In this document: positions 9,437-17,296 of the stretch, piece after piece
How positions within the stretch are numbered: the stretch's first letter is position 1
How the letters are laid out: the number at the start of each line of letters is the position of its first letter
Notes under the pieces: generated by a model
What the model was told of the DNA's origin: nothing
What the model saw: only the letters and a program-made list of their open reading frames with translations
Database searches by the model: none
Position numbers and translations under genes: made by a program
From: Bacteroidales bacterium
GTDB taxonomy: Bacteria; Bacteroidota; Bacteroidia; Bacteroidales; UBA4417
Assembly: GCA_030654075.1 (NCBI GenBank)
Contig: JAURYB010000172.1
Coordinates: 3,285-67,284, forward strand
Reading direction: 5' to 3'
Length of the DNA: 64,000 nucleotides

Positions 9437-9504
9437 TTTGTTTATTTTATTAGTTATATCTGTTTTGGTGCAAAAATTATTCCAAATAAGGGGGGGTGTA
9501 GCAT

Positions 9505-10443
9505 TTAGAAATTCCACAGACGGGTCAGATTGAATCCAATCATAATGCCTTTATTGAAAAAATCATGATTATTCCACATAATATCTTCCTGAGGCAGAAT
9601 TCCCTGTGCTGATGCTAAATAGATCTGAAATGCATGGGTGCTTGTTGATATCTCGACACCAATAGAGATGTTAGGCTTATCATAAATGATAGTTGTTTTA
9701 TCAGAGTCTTTCTTGTAATCTTTAATTGCTGAGATATCCAAAGGGAAATCACCGGCAACAATCAAAGAACCTTGCGGTGAGAATTTATACCTTCCTGCAA
9801 ATGACAAGGAAACTCTGTCGTGATCATAAACTGAATCAACGCAGTTGTAATGTGTGAATGCTCCACTAGCTTGTAACGATAGGTGATCATTAAACCTGCG
9901 CGATACTATCAACTCGGTAAAGGATGATATTCTGTTCGAAAATTTATAGCCGGCTGATCCTTCATTCTGATCCCAGGTAGCTTTGTCTCTACCATCAACC
10001 CCTATAACTTCGTGCAAAACTATAGTTACAGGAATGCTGTTTGAACGGGTTTGTTCAATAATTCTGTACTTAAGCTGTAAATCCTGTAATCTATTTATTT
10101 TAGTGGTTCCAACCCCTACAGTAAGATTGTCAAGAATACTGTAATTTAAACCTACTCGGATGTTAGAGGATCCCCAGATTCCAAAAAAGTCTTTAGCGCC
10201 ATCCGTATATCCAAACCGATGCTGAAGAATGAATTCCAGCGTTTTTGCTGGTGAAACGGTTGTGGTTGTTGCATCAAACAATAATCCGCTTTCGAAAGCG
10301 GGACGTACCGGACGTTCTTTCGGTGTTTCCTGAACAGTAGTATCCTGAGTGGCTTCTTCCTGTGCAAAGGTGGTTGAATTAAATATCAGCAATGTTAAGA
10401 CCATCAAAGCGCTGAAGCGGAGTATCTTATATATGTTTTTCAT
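9505..10443 (-). CDS. predicted outer-membrane beta-barrel protein (DUF5777-like from memory), paralog of 15243-16157
   Basis: 312 aa. Signal peptide ending FAQ, alternating amphipathic strands, C-terminal GFNLTRLWNF ending in Phe. Clear similarity to the 304-aa ORF (LEFILQHRFG/LQFLVEHNFG, IRVGLNY/VRLGLEY, HAFQIYL/HVFQFRL). Confidence 0.6.
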   Translation of the reverse strand: MKNIYKILRFSALMVLTLLIFNSTTFAQEEATQDTTVQETPKERPVRPAFESGLLFDATTTTVSPAKTLEFILQHRFGYTDGAKDFFGIWGSSNIRVGLNYSILDNLTVGVGTTKINRLQDLQLKYRIIEQTRSNSIPVTIVLHEVIGVDGRDKATWDQNEGSAGYKFSNRISSFTELIVSRRFNDHLSLQASGAFTHYNCVDSVYDHDRVSLSFAGRYKFSPQGSLIVAGDFPLDISAIKDYKKDSDKTTIIYDKPNISIGVEISTSTHAFQIYLASAQGILPQEDIMWNNHDFFNKGIMIGFNLTRLWNF

Positions 10444-10473
10444 ATTTTATGTATTTTCTGATTATAAATGAGC

Positions 10474-10851
10474 TTAGTCGTTTTTTGCGCCTGCAGTGAT
10501 CCACCGGAAAATAAGAAGTAATCTATCCGATGAAGTATAGGGTGCCATGCTGCCGCCAGGTTTGCATTTAGTATATAGCGAACTGGTTTCAGGACTTTCT
10601 GCTACTACATAGTTACCTGTCATAAGAGCATTGTATGAATTACCTGTAGTAAGCAAAGGTTTTTGACTATTTGAATGGCAACTAATGCACTTTGCGTCAA
10701 AAATTGGTTGAATGTCTGACAAGAAACTGATAGTGTCGTTCTCAATTACTGGTGGTGGGGGAGTTGGTACAATATAATCATATTCGCAGGCTGTCAGCAG
10801 GGTGATCAATGTGCCTGACAGGAATAATAATCTGAGAAATCTCTTTTTCAT
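10474..10851 (-). CDS. small haem-c lipoprotein, PSCyt1 (Planctomycete cytochrome C)-like
   Basis: 125 aa. Lipobox LLTAC, single CISCH, C-terminal ...MAPYTSSDRLLLIFRWITAGA resembling the PSCyt1 'MPP...L..e....i..WI..GA' tail. Paralogous to 13857 and 14357. Confidence 0.65.
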   Translation of the reverse strand: MKKRFLRLLFLSGTLITLLTACEYDYIVPTPPPPVIENDTISFLSDIQPIFDAKCISCHSNSQKPLLTTGNSYNALMTGNYVVAESPETSSLYTKCKPGGSMAPYTSSDRLLLIFRWITAGAKND

Positions 10852-11001
10852 TGGTTAATTATTTGTTGGTTGTTTTAGATTTTGAGACAGGCTTTTTGTT
10901 ATAAATTTAACAAAGCTACTGTGGTTATTTGATTCGTACAAAGGAATACTTTTATCCTGAAATAGTGCATTAATTAAATATGATTGTTTGACACTATTAT
11001 T

Positions 11002-11045
11002 TTGATACTTATCAACCGATATATTGATATATGTCATTATCTTTG
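11002..11045 (+). promoter_or_regulatory. perfect FNR box TTGATACTTATCAA plus -7 box TATCTTTG upstream of the Crp/Fnr gene
   Basis: TTGAT-N4-ATCAA at 11002-11015. TAnnTTTG-type -7 box at 11038-11045. Palindrome centre lies 29.5 bp before the box, the same spacing as at 13718-13762. Confidence 0.6.
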
Positions 11046-11129
11046 TACGCGAATTGAAGGGTAAAGATTCTACTGTTAAAACCAGATTGGATACTATATT
11101 TTCCTTCATTTAATATAAAAATTAGATCT

Positions 11130-11828
11130 GTGAATCAATATACTCAATATATAAAAGGATGCAGTTCATGCAAAGACAAAGCTGAAATATTCAGTTGTTT
11201 GTGCCAGACCGAGCTAGACCAGATTGATGAAAAACGTATTGAAGTGCATTTTAAAGCGGGTGAACTTATCTTTAAGCAAGGTACTCCCAATATGCATTTC
11301 CTGTGTTTAACCCAAGGTAAAGTTAAAACGTATATTGAAGGCTATAACGATAAAAATCTTATCCTGGGTATTGTTAAACCTGTCGAATATATTCTTGGAC
11401 CTGGAATTTATGCTGACCAGATGCATCACTTTTCGGCTATGGCTATCGAGGATTCAGTCGCATGCCTTGTTGACCTGGTTACGTTTAAGTCTCTCATCCG
11501 GAATAATCCTGATTTTGCGGAAGATTTTCTAAAAAAAATCAGCCTGCAATCAATTTATAATTACGAACTTTTCATCAGCCTTACACAAAAGCAAATGCCA
11601 GGGCGAATTGCCGATGTATTGCTTTACCTGAAAGACAAAGTTTACGAATCCAATCCATTCCGTACTTCGCTTTCGAGGCAGGATTTAGCTGATATGTCGG
11701 GTATGTCGAAGGAAAGTGCCATTCGTATCCTAAGGGAGTTTAAAGACGAAGGTATTATTCAGGTGAATGGCAACGATTTCGAGATATTAGATACTGAACA
11801 TCTTAGTAAGATCAGTCAAACAGGATAG
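11130..11828 (+). CDS. Crp/Fnr-family transcription regulator with N-terminal Cys cluster (FNR-like)
   Basis: 232 aa, GTG start. cNMP-binding-type beta-roll, C-terminal HTH (SRQDLADMSGMSKESAIRILREF). N-terminal C11-x2-C14-x8-C23-x-C25 (GCSSCKDKAEIFSCLC). Confidence 0.85.
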   Translation: MNQYTQYIKGCSSCKDKAEIFSCLCQTELDQIDEKRIEVHFKAGELIFKQGTPNMHFLCLTQGKVKTYIEGYNDKNLILGIVKPVEYILGPGIYADQMHHFSAMAIEDSVACLVDLVTFKSLIRNNPDFAEDFLKKISLQSIYNYELFISLTQKQMPGRIADVLLYLKDKVYESNPFRTSLSRQDLADMSGMSKESAIRILREFKDEGIIQVNGNDFEILDTEHLSKISQTG

Positions 11829-11858
11829 AATCATTTCCAGTTTCAATGTTTAAAAAAT

Positions 11859-11888
11859 AGCCCGGGTACTGCGCCAAGTGCCCGGGCT
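11859..11888. terminator. bidirectional hairpin terminator between convergent genes
   Basis: Stem AGCCCGGGTAC / GTGCCCGGGCT (one G-T pair), 8-nt loop. T-rich on the plus side (TTAATGTTTT) and on the minus side (ATTTTTTA). Confidence 0.55.
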
Positions 11889-11910
11889 TAATGTTTTAAA
11901 ATGTATACTA

Positions 11911-11977
11911 CTTATCACTTATCACTTATCACTTACACCTTATCACTTACACCTTATACCTTACACCTTATCACTTT
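11911..11977. repeat. period-7 degenerate tandem array (CTTAYMM, about 9.5 units)
   Basis: cttatca cttatca cttatca cttacac cttatca cttacac cttatac cttacac cttatca ctt. Overlaps the stop codon of the S41 peptidase gene. Confidence 0.85.
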
Positions 11978-13581
11978 CCCTGTGATAATTTCTGGAACAA
12001 GGAGTCATTCTTAATTACATCTATAGCCTGATTCAATTCATCGTCTGTAGTGCTGATCATTTGGAAATAAGCATTCATATTAAATAAATTCCTGGCAATA
12101 AGTGCTTTTAGAACTGTTTTTATTTGTAGCCCTGATGCCTCCAGATCCTTATCGTTGCGAGGTAAATCTTTCGATTCAGCAAAAGCTACAAATTCATCCA
12201 GCAATTTCTGGTCATCGGTAAATCCTTTTTTAAATGCTTGTATATCAGGATACGTTTTGAGAAGGTCTTTGCGCCTGGTCTCAATATATTGCACTGTAAA
12301 TTCGTTCAGCAGCGATTTGCGAAAAACATCAGTGTAATATTTCGAAGCAAATGCAGTATCCATAGGAATAAAGTAGTCGGGCATAATTCCACCACCTCCG
12401 TAAACAACACGTTTATTCTGGGTAAAATACCTCAGTGAATCAGGGAATTTAATACTATCGGCATGGTACATTTCACCATGTTTTAATCGTTTGTAAAGGT
12501 CATCACCATATTCTTCTTCACCATCAGCATATGATTTTTGGATACAACGGCCCGAGGGAGTATAATAACGTGCTGTTGTAATACGAACCATTGAGCTATC
12601 GGGAAGCATGTAAGGCCGCTGAACCAGGCCTTTCCCAAATGACCGCCTTCCGATAATCAGGCCACGATCCCAATCCTGCACAGCGCCTGAAACAATTTCA
12701 GAAGCTGACGCTGAACCTTCATCAATCAGGACTACCAGTTTGCCTGTTTCGAATGTACCGCTAGAGGTGGCAATAAAATCCTGTTTAGGGCTACGTACAC
12801 CTTTAGTATATACTACAAGTTTACCAGCAGGTAAAAATTGGTCGGCCAGATCAAAAGCTATATTCAGATAACCACCTGAATTTCCCCGAAGATCGAAGAT
12901 AAGGTTTTTCATCCCCTGCTTTTTTAAAGCATTGGCAGCGTCAATAAATTCGTCTGTTGAAGTGGCTGCAAAACGCGAAAGTTTTATATATCCTATATTA
13001 GTGGTAACCATATAGGAAGCATCTATACTGTTAAGTGGAATTTTGTCCCGTGTTATGGTATAGTCAATCAGTTCTTTATGCCCTTTGCGGTAAATGGCAA
13101 CATCTACTTTGGTCCCTCTTGGACCACGCAGGTGGTCGAGTACGAATTGGGTAGTCAGTTTTTTGCCAAAAGCATCTTCACGGTTGATCTTGATGATTTT
13201 ATCTCCAGCCAGAATACCTAATTTATCGGAAGGCCCGCCTGGAACAGGCGAAATAACTAATATTGTATCCTTATAAATCTGAAACTGAATACCAACGCCA
13301 TCAAAGTTTCCGACCAATGGCTCATTGGTTTTTTCAACTTCATCTTTTGAAATATAAACGGAATGCGGATCAAGTTCTTTCAGTACCGCTACAATTGCTT
13401 CTTCAGTTAACTTTGGCTGATCAACATCTTCGACATAGTAATAGTTTATTAACTGCATCAGTGTGTTGAACTTCATTGTGGTTGACTTAGGATCAACCGA
13501 CTTTTGTTTTGTTTGAGCTGAGGAGCTTATGATTATGATGAGAAGAAAGAATACTATCAGGGAATATTTAGCTAATTTCAT
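11971..13581 (-). CDS. S41-family C-terminal processing (tail-specific) peptidase
   Basis: 536 aa. Signal peptide, PDZ-like segment (GGPSDKLGILAGDKIIKIN), S41 catalytic region (VLIDEGSASASEIVSGA...RRSFGKGLVQ). Confidence 0.85.
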   Translation of the reverse strand: MKLAKYSLIVFFLLIIIISSSAQTKQKSVDPKSTTMKFNTLMQLINYYYVEDVDQPKLTEEAIVAVLKELDPHSVYISKDEVEKTNEPLVGNFDGVGIQFQIYKDTILVISPVPGGPSDKLGILAGDKIIKINREDAFGKKLTTQFVLDHLRGPRGTKVDVAIYRKGHKELIDYTITRDKIPLNSIDASYMVTTNIGYIKLSRFAATSTDEFIDAANALKKQGMKNLIFDLRGNSGGYLNIAFDLADQFLPAGKLVVYTKGVRSPKQDFIATSSGTFETGKLVVLIDEGSASASEIVSGAVQDWDRGLIIGRRSFGKGLVQRPYMLPDSSMVRITTARYYTPSGRCIQKSYADGEEEYGDDLYKRLKHGEMYHADSIKFPDSLRYFTQNKRVVYGGGGIMPDYFIPMDTAFASKYYTDVFRKSLLNEFTVQYIETRRKDLLKTYPDIQAFKKGFTDDQKLLDEFVAFAESKDLPRNDKDLEASGLQIKTVLKALIARNLFNMNAYFQMISTTDDELNQAIDVIKNDSLFQKLSQGK

Positions 13582-13717
13582 AAATTCCTAAGGGATTAAA
13601 ATTGAATTTCAAAATTACATGATTTATCGCATAAATTGTGGCAATTGTTTGCCATTCGTTATGCATTTAACAATTTTTCTCATTTCATATCGTTTATAAT
13701 GAATATAAATAGATAGC

Positions 13718-13762
13718 TGTGATATAAATCACAAAATGGAGCTTAAAAAGCGCGTAAATTTG
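13718..13762 (+). promoter_or_regulatory. perfect CRP/FNR-type palindrome TGTGATATAAATCACA plus -7 box TAAATTTG upstream of the second cytochrome/barrel operon
   Basis: 16-bp palindrome at 13718-13733 (core TGAT-N4-ATCA). TAnnTTTG box at 13755-13762. Centre-to-box spacing 29.5 bp, giving roughly -42 relative to a TSS a few nt after the box. Confidence 0.6.
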
Positions 13763-13856
13763 CATTAGGTTGAAAATGCCTCAATTGGAGTTAAGAAAGG
13801 CCTTAAATACCTGTAAACTATTTTCACAGGAAATCTTCCTTTTAATTTTTTTATAA

Positions 13857-14240
13857 ATGAAAACACGAATAATTAGTGCATTGGCCGGATTGATACTTTT
13901 AAGCATTTATCTAACTTCCTGCAAGCATGAACCGGAACTCCCGCCAGGCACACCCATAGTTTGTTTCGACCAGGATGTTATGGGCATTATTAATTCGAAT
14001 TGCAATGTACCCGGTTGCCACGGTGATGGTGAAGGGCCTTCTCTATCTACTTTCGAAGATGTTTCCAGCTATGTCACCGCAGGCAAACCAATGCAAAGCG
14101 AGCTTCATAAAGTAATTACGGCACACTCGAACCTGGAGGGGTTAATGCCTCCCAAACCAAAATCAGCACTTTCCAGTTCACAGATTGATATTATAAGCAT
14201 CTGGATATTGCAAGGCGCGACTCATACCACCTGTCCCTAA
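13857..14240 (+). CDS. small PSCyt1-like lipoprotein with CX4CH motif
   Basis: 127 aa. Lipobox YLTSC, motif NCNVPGCHG (C-x4-CH), tail LMPPKPKSALSSSQIDIISIWILQGA matching the PSCyt1-type ending. Confidence 0.65.
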   Translation: MKTRIISALAGLILLSIYLTSCKHEPELPPGTPIVCFDQDVMGIINSNCNVPGCHGDGEGPSLSTFEDVSSYVTAGKPMQSELHKVITAHSNLEGLMPPKPKSALSSSQIDIISIWILQGATHTTCP

Positions 14241-14356
14241 ACTCATTGCGATGGTTTTCAAGCGGGATCTACTGTTCCATATACAAATATTTAACAGTAT
14301 TTTGAACAATTGATATATAAATGTATTTTAATAGAATGCTAATCAAAAAATCTTCA

Positions 14357-14743
14357 ATGAAAACAAAAATAAAAGTATTCCTTGCATCTGTATTGGCACT
14401 TACACTTGCGATCAGCGGTTGTTATTATGACAATGAAGAAGACTTATACCTGGGAAGCAGCGCCTGTGATACAACAAATGTAACCTACCTCAATACTACT
14501 TCAGGTGAATTAGCTATTGAGAAAATTTTTGAACATAATTGTAATTCATGCCATAGTGGAAGTACTCCATCCGGGAATATTAAGACTGACAATTATGAGG
14601 CTGTAAAAGCCAATATTATCCGGATCAGAGGAGCAATTAACCACCAATCAGGCTTTCAGGCAATGCCTCAAGGTGGCAGCCTGTCATCCTGCGACCTGAC
14701 GAAAATTGATATCTGGATCAGAAAAGGGATGCTGAACAATTAA
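14357..14743 (+). CDS. small haem-c lipoprotein, PSCyt1-like
   Basis: 128 aa from ATG 14357 (MKTKIKVFLASVLALTLAISGC lipobox). CNSCH motif, tail AMPQGGSLSSCDLTKIDIWIRKG. The track start at 14321 adds 12 non-signal residues. Confidence 0.65.
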   Translation: MKTKIKVFLASVLALTLAISGCYYDNEEDLYLGSSACDTTNVTYLNTTSGELAIEKIFEHNCNSCHSGSTPSGNIKTDNYEAVKANIIRIRGAINHQSGFQAMPQGGSLSSCDLTKIDIWIRKGMLNN

Positions 14744-14766
14744 CCATTTAGATAAAATTAAAGGGT

Positions 14767-15204
14767 ATGAATAAAAAACTTAAAATCGGGCTTATAATAC
14801 TGGCAATCGGACTTGTAGCTGCAGCCCTTGTTTGGAAATTTTATGTAAACAAACCTCATGATGATATAGAAAAAGCAACCGCGGCTTATTCTGTTTCGAC
14901 CGAAGAAATTTGGAATAAGTACAATACCGACCGGAGAACAGCCGATTCGTTGTACAATGACCAGGTGATTGAAGTTACCGGCAGCCTGAGCCGTATCGAT
15001 AAAAATGACACATTGGTATCGGCCATATTTGTAATGGCGGCTGACTCAATGTTTGGTGATAAAACCATTGCCTGTCAGATGTATAAAAAGCACAATGAAG
15101 AAGCGGGCACATTAGTGGTTGGCTCAAAAGTTAAAATTAAGGGTGTTTGTATCGGATTTGATGATACCGATATTAAATTTAATAAATGTTCAATAGTCAA
15201 ATAG
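14767..15204 (+). CDS. N-terminally anchored OB-fold protein (tRNA_anti-like family, from memory)
   Basis: 145 aa. TM helix IGLIILAIGLVAAALVW, then a pattern typical of Bacteroidota tRNA_anti-like/OB proteins (YNDQVIEVTGSL...GSKVKIKGVCIG). Confidence 0.5.
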   Translation: MNKKLKIGLIILAIGLVAAALVWKFYVNKPHDDIEKATAAYSVSTEEIWNKYNTDRRTADSLYNDQVIEVTGSLSRIDKNDTLVSAIFVMAADSMFGDKTIACQMYKKHNEEAGTLVVGSKVKIKGVCIGFDDTDIKFNKCSIVK

Positions 15205-15242
15205 TTACTTTGTTTTTCAGGTTAAAGGATAAATAAAACAGT

Positions 15243-16157
15243 ATGATACGAAATAAAATACTTGCAATCTTCCTGTTTCTCATGGTCTTCAGCGGTCAAT
15301 TATTTGCGCAGGATCTGATGGACATGTTAAAGGATGAGACTCCTAAAACGAATTATGCTTACGCTACTTTTAAAACAACCCGTGTTGTTTTGGGGCAATC
15401 GGTTGAAAGCCCTGCTAAAGGTACCCTTCAGTTTTTGGTTGAGCACAACTTTGGCAAACTGAACGAAGGAGCATATGCGATGTGGGGATTGGATCAATCC
15501 ACAGTAAGGCTGGGATTGGAATATGGGATTAAAGATTGGTTGAGTGTCAGTATTGGCAGAAGTTCCTATCAAAAGACATTTGATGGATCGGTTAAAATTA
15601 AATTACTCAGGCAGAGTACAGGTGCCCGGAAAATGCCGTTTTCCATGTCATTATATGGAGGCACCATGTTAAATTCATTAAAATGGACAGATCAAACCCG
15701 CAATAATTACTACACTTCGCGCTTGTCTTATCTGGCACAAGTACTGATCGCAAGAAAGTTCTCGAATGCTTTTTCTGTACAATTAACACCTACTTATATT
15801 CATAAAAACCTGGTCCCACTGAGGACCGATCGCAACGATCAATTATCAATTGGCATTGGGGGAAGGTACAAAGTTTCACAGCGCACCAGTTTAAATGCAG
15901 AGTATTTTTACCAGATTCCCGGATTTATTAATTCCGATCCGGTTTCAGGTTCTGAATACCGTAATTGCTTATCAGTAGGAGTTGATCTTGAAACCGGCGG
16001 CCATGTATTCCAGTTCCGGCTTACCAACGCGCAGCCAATGTTTGAACGTGCTTTCATTACTGAAACAACCAGCAAGTGGACGGATGGAGGTATTTTCCTT
16101 GGTTTTACAATAAATCGTGTATTTACTATTATTAAGCCGTCCGTTCCGAAAGAATAG
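15243..16157 (+). CDS. predicted outer-membrane beta-barrel protein (DUF5777-like), paralog of 9505-10443
   Basis: 304 aa. Signal peptide ending FAQ, amphipathic strand pattern, barrel-closing GFTINRVF near the C-terminus. Alignable along its length with the 312-aa ORF. Confidence 0.6.
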   Translation: MIRNKILAIFLFLMVFSGQLFAQDLMDMLKDETPKTNYAYATFKTTRVVLGQSVESPAKGTLQFLVEHNFGKLNEGAYAMWGLDQSTVRLGLEYGIKDWLSVSIGRSSYQKTFDGSVKIKLLRQSTGARKMPFSMSLYGGTMLNSLKWTDQTRNNYYTSRLSYLAQVLIARKFSNAFSVQLTPTYIHKNLVPLRTDRNDQLSIGIGGRYKVSQRTSLNAEYFYQIPGFINSDPVSGSEYRNCLSVGVDLETGGHVFQFRLTNAQPMFERAFITETTSKWTDGGIFLGFTINRVFTIIKPSVPKE

Positions 16158-16165
16158 TTATTCCT

Positions 16166-16244
16166 GAAAATCACCAATCAGAAATCACAAATCAAAACTC
16201 ACTATTATTTATTCGTGATTTTTGAATCTGGATTGGTGATTTTT
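16166..16244 (+). terminator. long imperfect hairpin after the barrel gene (possible terminator)
   Basis: Left arm AAAATCACCAATC... (16167-) pairs with ...GATTGGTGATTTT (16231-16243), 13 bp perfect plus imperfect extension, followed by TTTTGATTG. Confidence 0.45.
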
Positions 16245-16331
16245 GATTGAAAAATCAGAATTTCTTAATCTCCAATCAGCAATTACATCTCAGTGTAAAA
16301 AGCACTACTTTCGTAAGGCAATTAATGTTGT

Positions 16332-17063
16332 ATGGATAAGGAAGAAAAGCACAGATTTTTTAGCAGTATGATATTCCCGGGGCTTTTAGTCCTGGTACTT
16401 TGGATTATTAAAGTCATTGAAGTCGGTTTCCAGGTATCTTTTGCAGATTTTGGACTTTTACCGCAATCTCTTGTCGGGCTGCGGGGCATACTTTTTTCGC
16501 CCTTGCTGCATGCTGATTGGGCACATCTCTCGTCGAATTCAGTTCCTTTGTTTTTGTTATCTTCAGGTTTGTTTTATTACTATGGTAAAAAAGCAATGAC
16601 AATACTTATACTTTGTTGGCTGGTAACTGGACTTTGGGTATGGATTTTTGCAGCAGACACAGGCATTCATATAGGAGCTTCAGGTGTTGTTTATGCGCTT
16701 GCAACATTTCATTTCACGGGAGGGATATTACGCCGTGAACCCCGCATGATGGCATTTTCATTATTAGTTGTATTTCTGTATGGAAGCCTGGTTTGGGGTA
16801 TATCACCTAAATTTTTCCCGGACAAAAATATTTCATGGCAATCGCATCTATTAGGCGGTCTGGCCGGGATAGTAATCGCTTTTGCATACAGGCTTGAAGG
16901 TCCTCAGCAGAAAATTTACCAGTGGGATGATGATGAAGATGAGATTGAATATATTGAAGATGAAAGTATCACAGAAGAAGAACAACGAAAGGTTGATGAA
17001 GCTGTTAAAGGCATATTGGAGAAAAGTGAGATTGCTGAGAAATCTTTTGATCAACAAATATGA
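16332..17063 (+). CDS. rhomboid-family intramembrane serine protease
   Basis: 243 aa, about 6 TM. Catalytic GASGVVYAL (GxSG) and HLLGGLAG His motif, WAHLSSN. Acidic C-terminal tail (DDDEDEIEYIEDE). Confidence 0.85.
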   Translation: MDKEEKHRFFSSMIFPGLLVLVLWIIKVIEVGFQVSFADFGLLPQSLVGLRGILFSPLLHADWAHLSSNSVPLFLLSSGLFYYYGKKAMTILILCWLVTGLWVWIFAADTGIHIGASGVVYALATFHFTGGILRREPRMMAFSLLVVFLYGSLVWGISPKFFPDKNISWQSHLLGGLAGIVIAFAYRLEGPQQKIYQWDDDEDEIEYIEDESITEEEQRKVDEAVKGILEKSEIAEKSFDQQI

Positions 17064-17296
17064 AATTATTGTAATGTTTTAACTGCTGGTTCTATTCGTA
17101 AGTACCTGTCTGTAAATGCAAACTAAATATTTGGTATCAGATAATTTCAATGTAAAAAGCATTTTTAAAGTTTATTAAAAACCAGTCGGCTTTAACTTTG
17201 TTGATTAGAGCAGATAAAAGTTCAGAATCCCAGAATCGTATTCGCTCTTAATATTGGCAACTAAAAAACTAAGCACTTCAACTTTGCGAAGTTCAA

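Noticed and set aside
9437-9517. Longer start for the class I cytochrome c (track ORF from 9517).
   Set aside because: It would overlap the barrel gene by 13 nt and place 27 non-hydrophobic residues before the signal peptide. ATG 9436 gives a normal Sec signal.
10855-11109. 84-aa ORF between the lipoprotein operon and the Crp/Fnr gene.
   Set aside because: AT-rich, Asn/Lys/Ser low-complexity product with no motif. The interval contains the perfect FNR box and -7 boxes, so it is better explained as a divergent promoter region.
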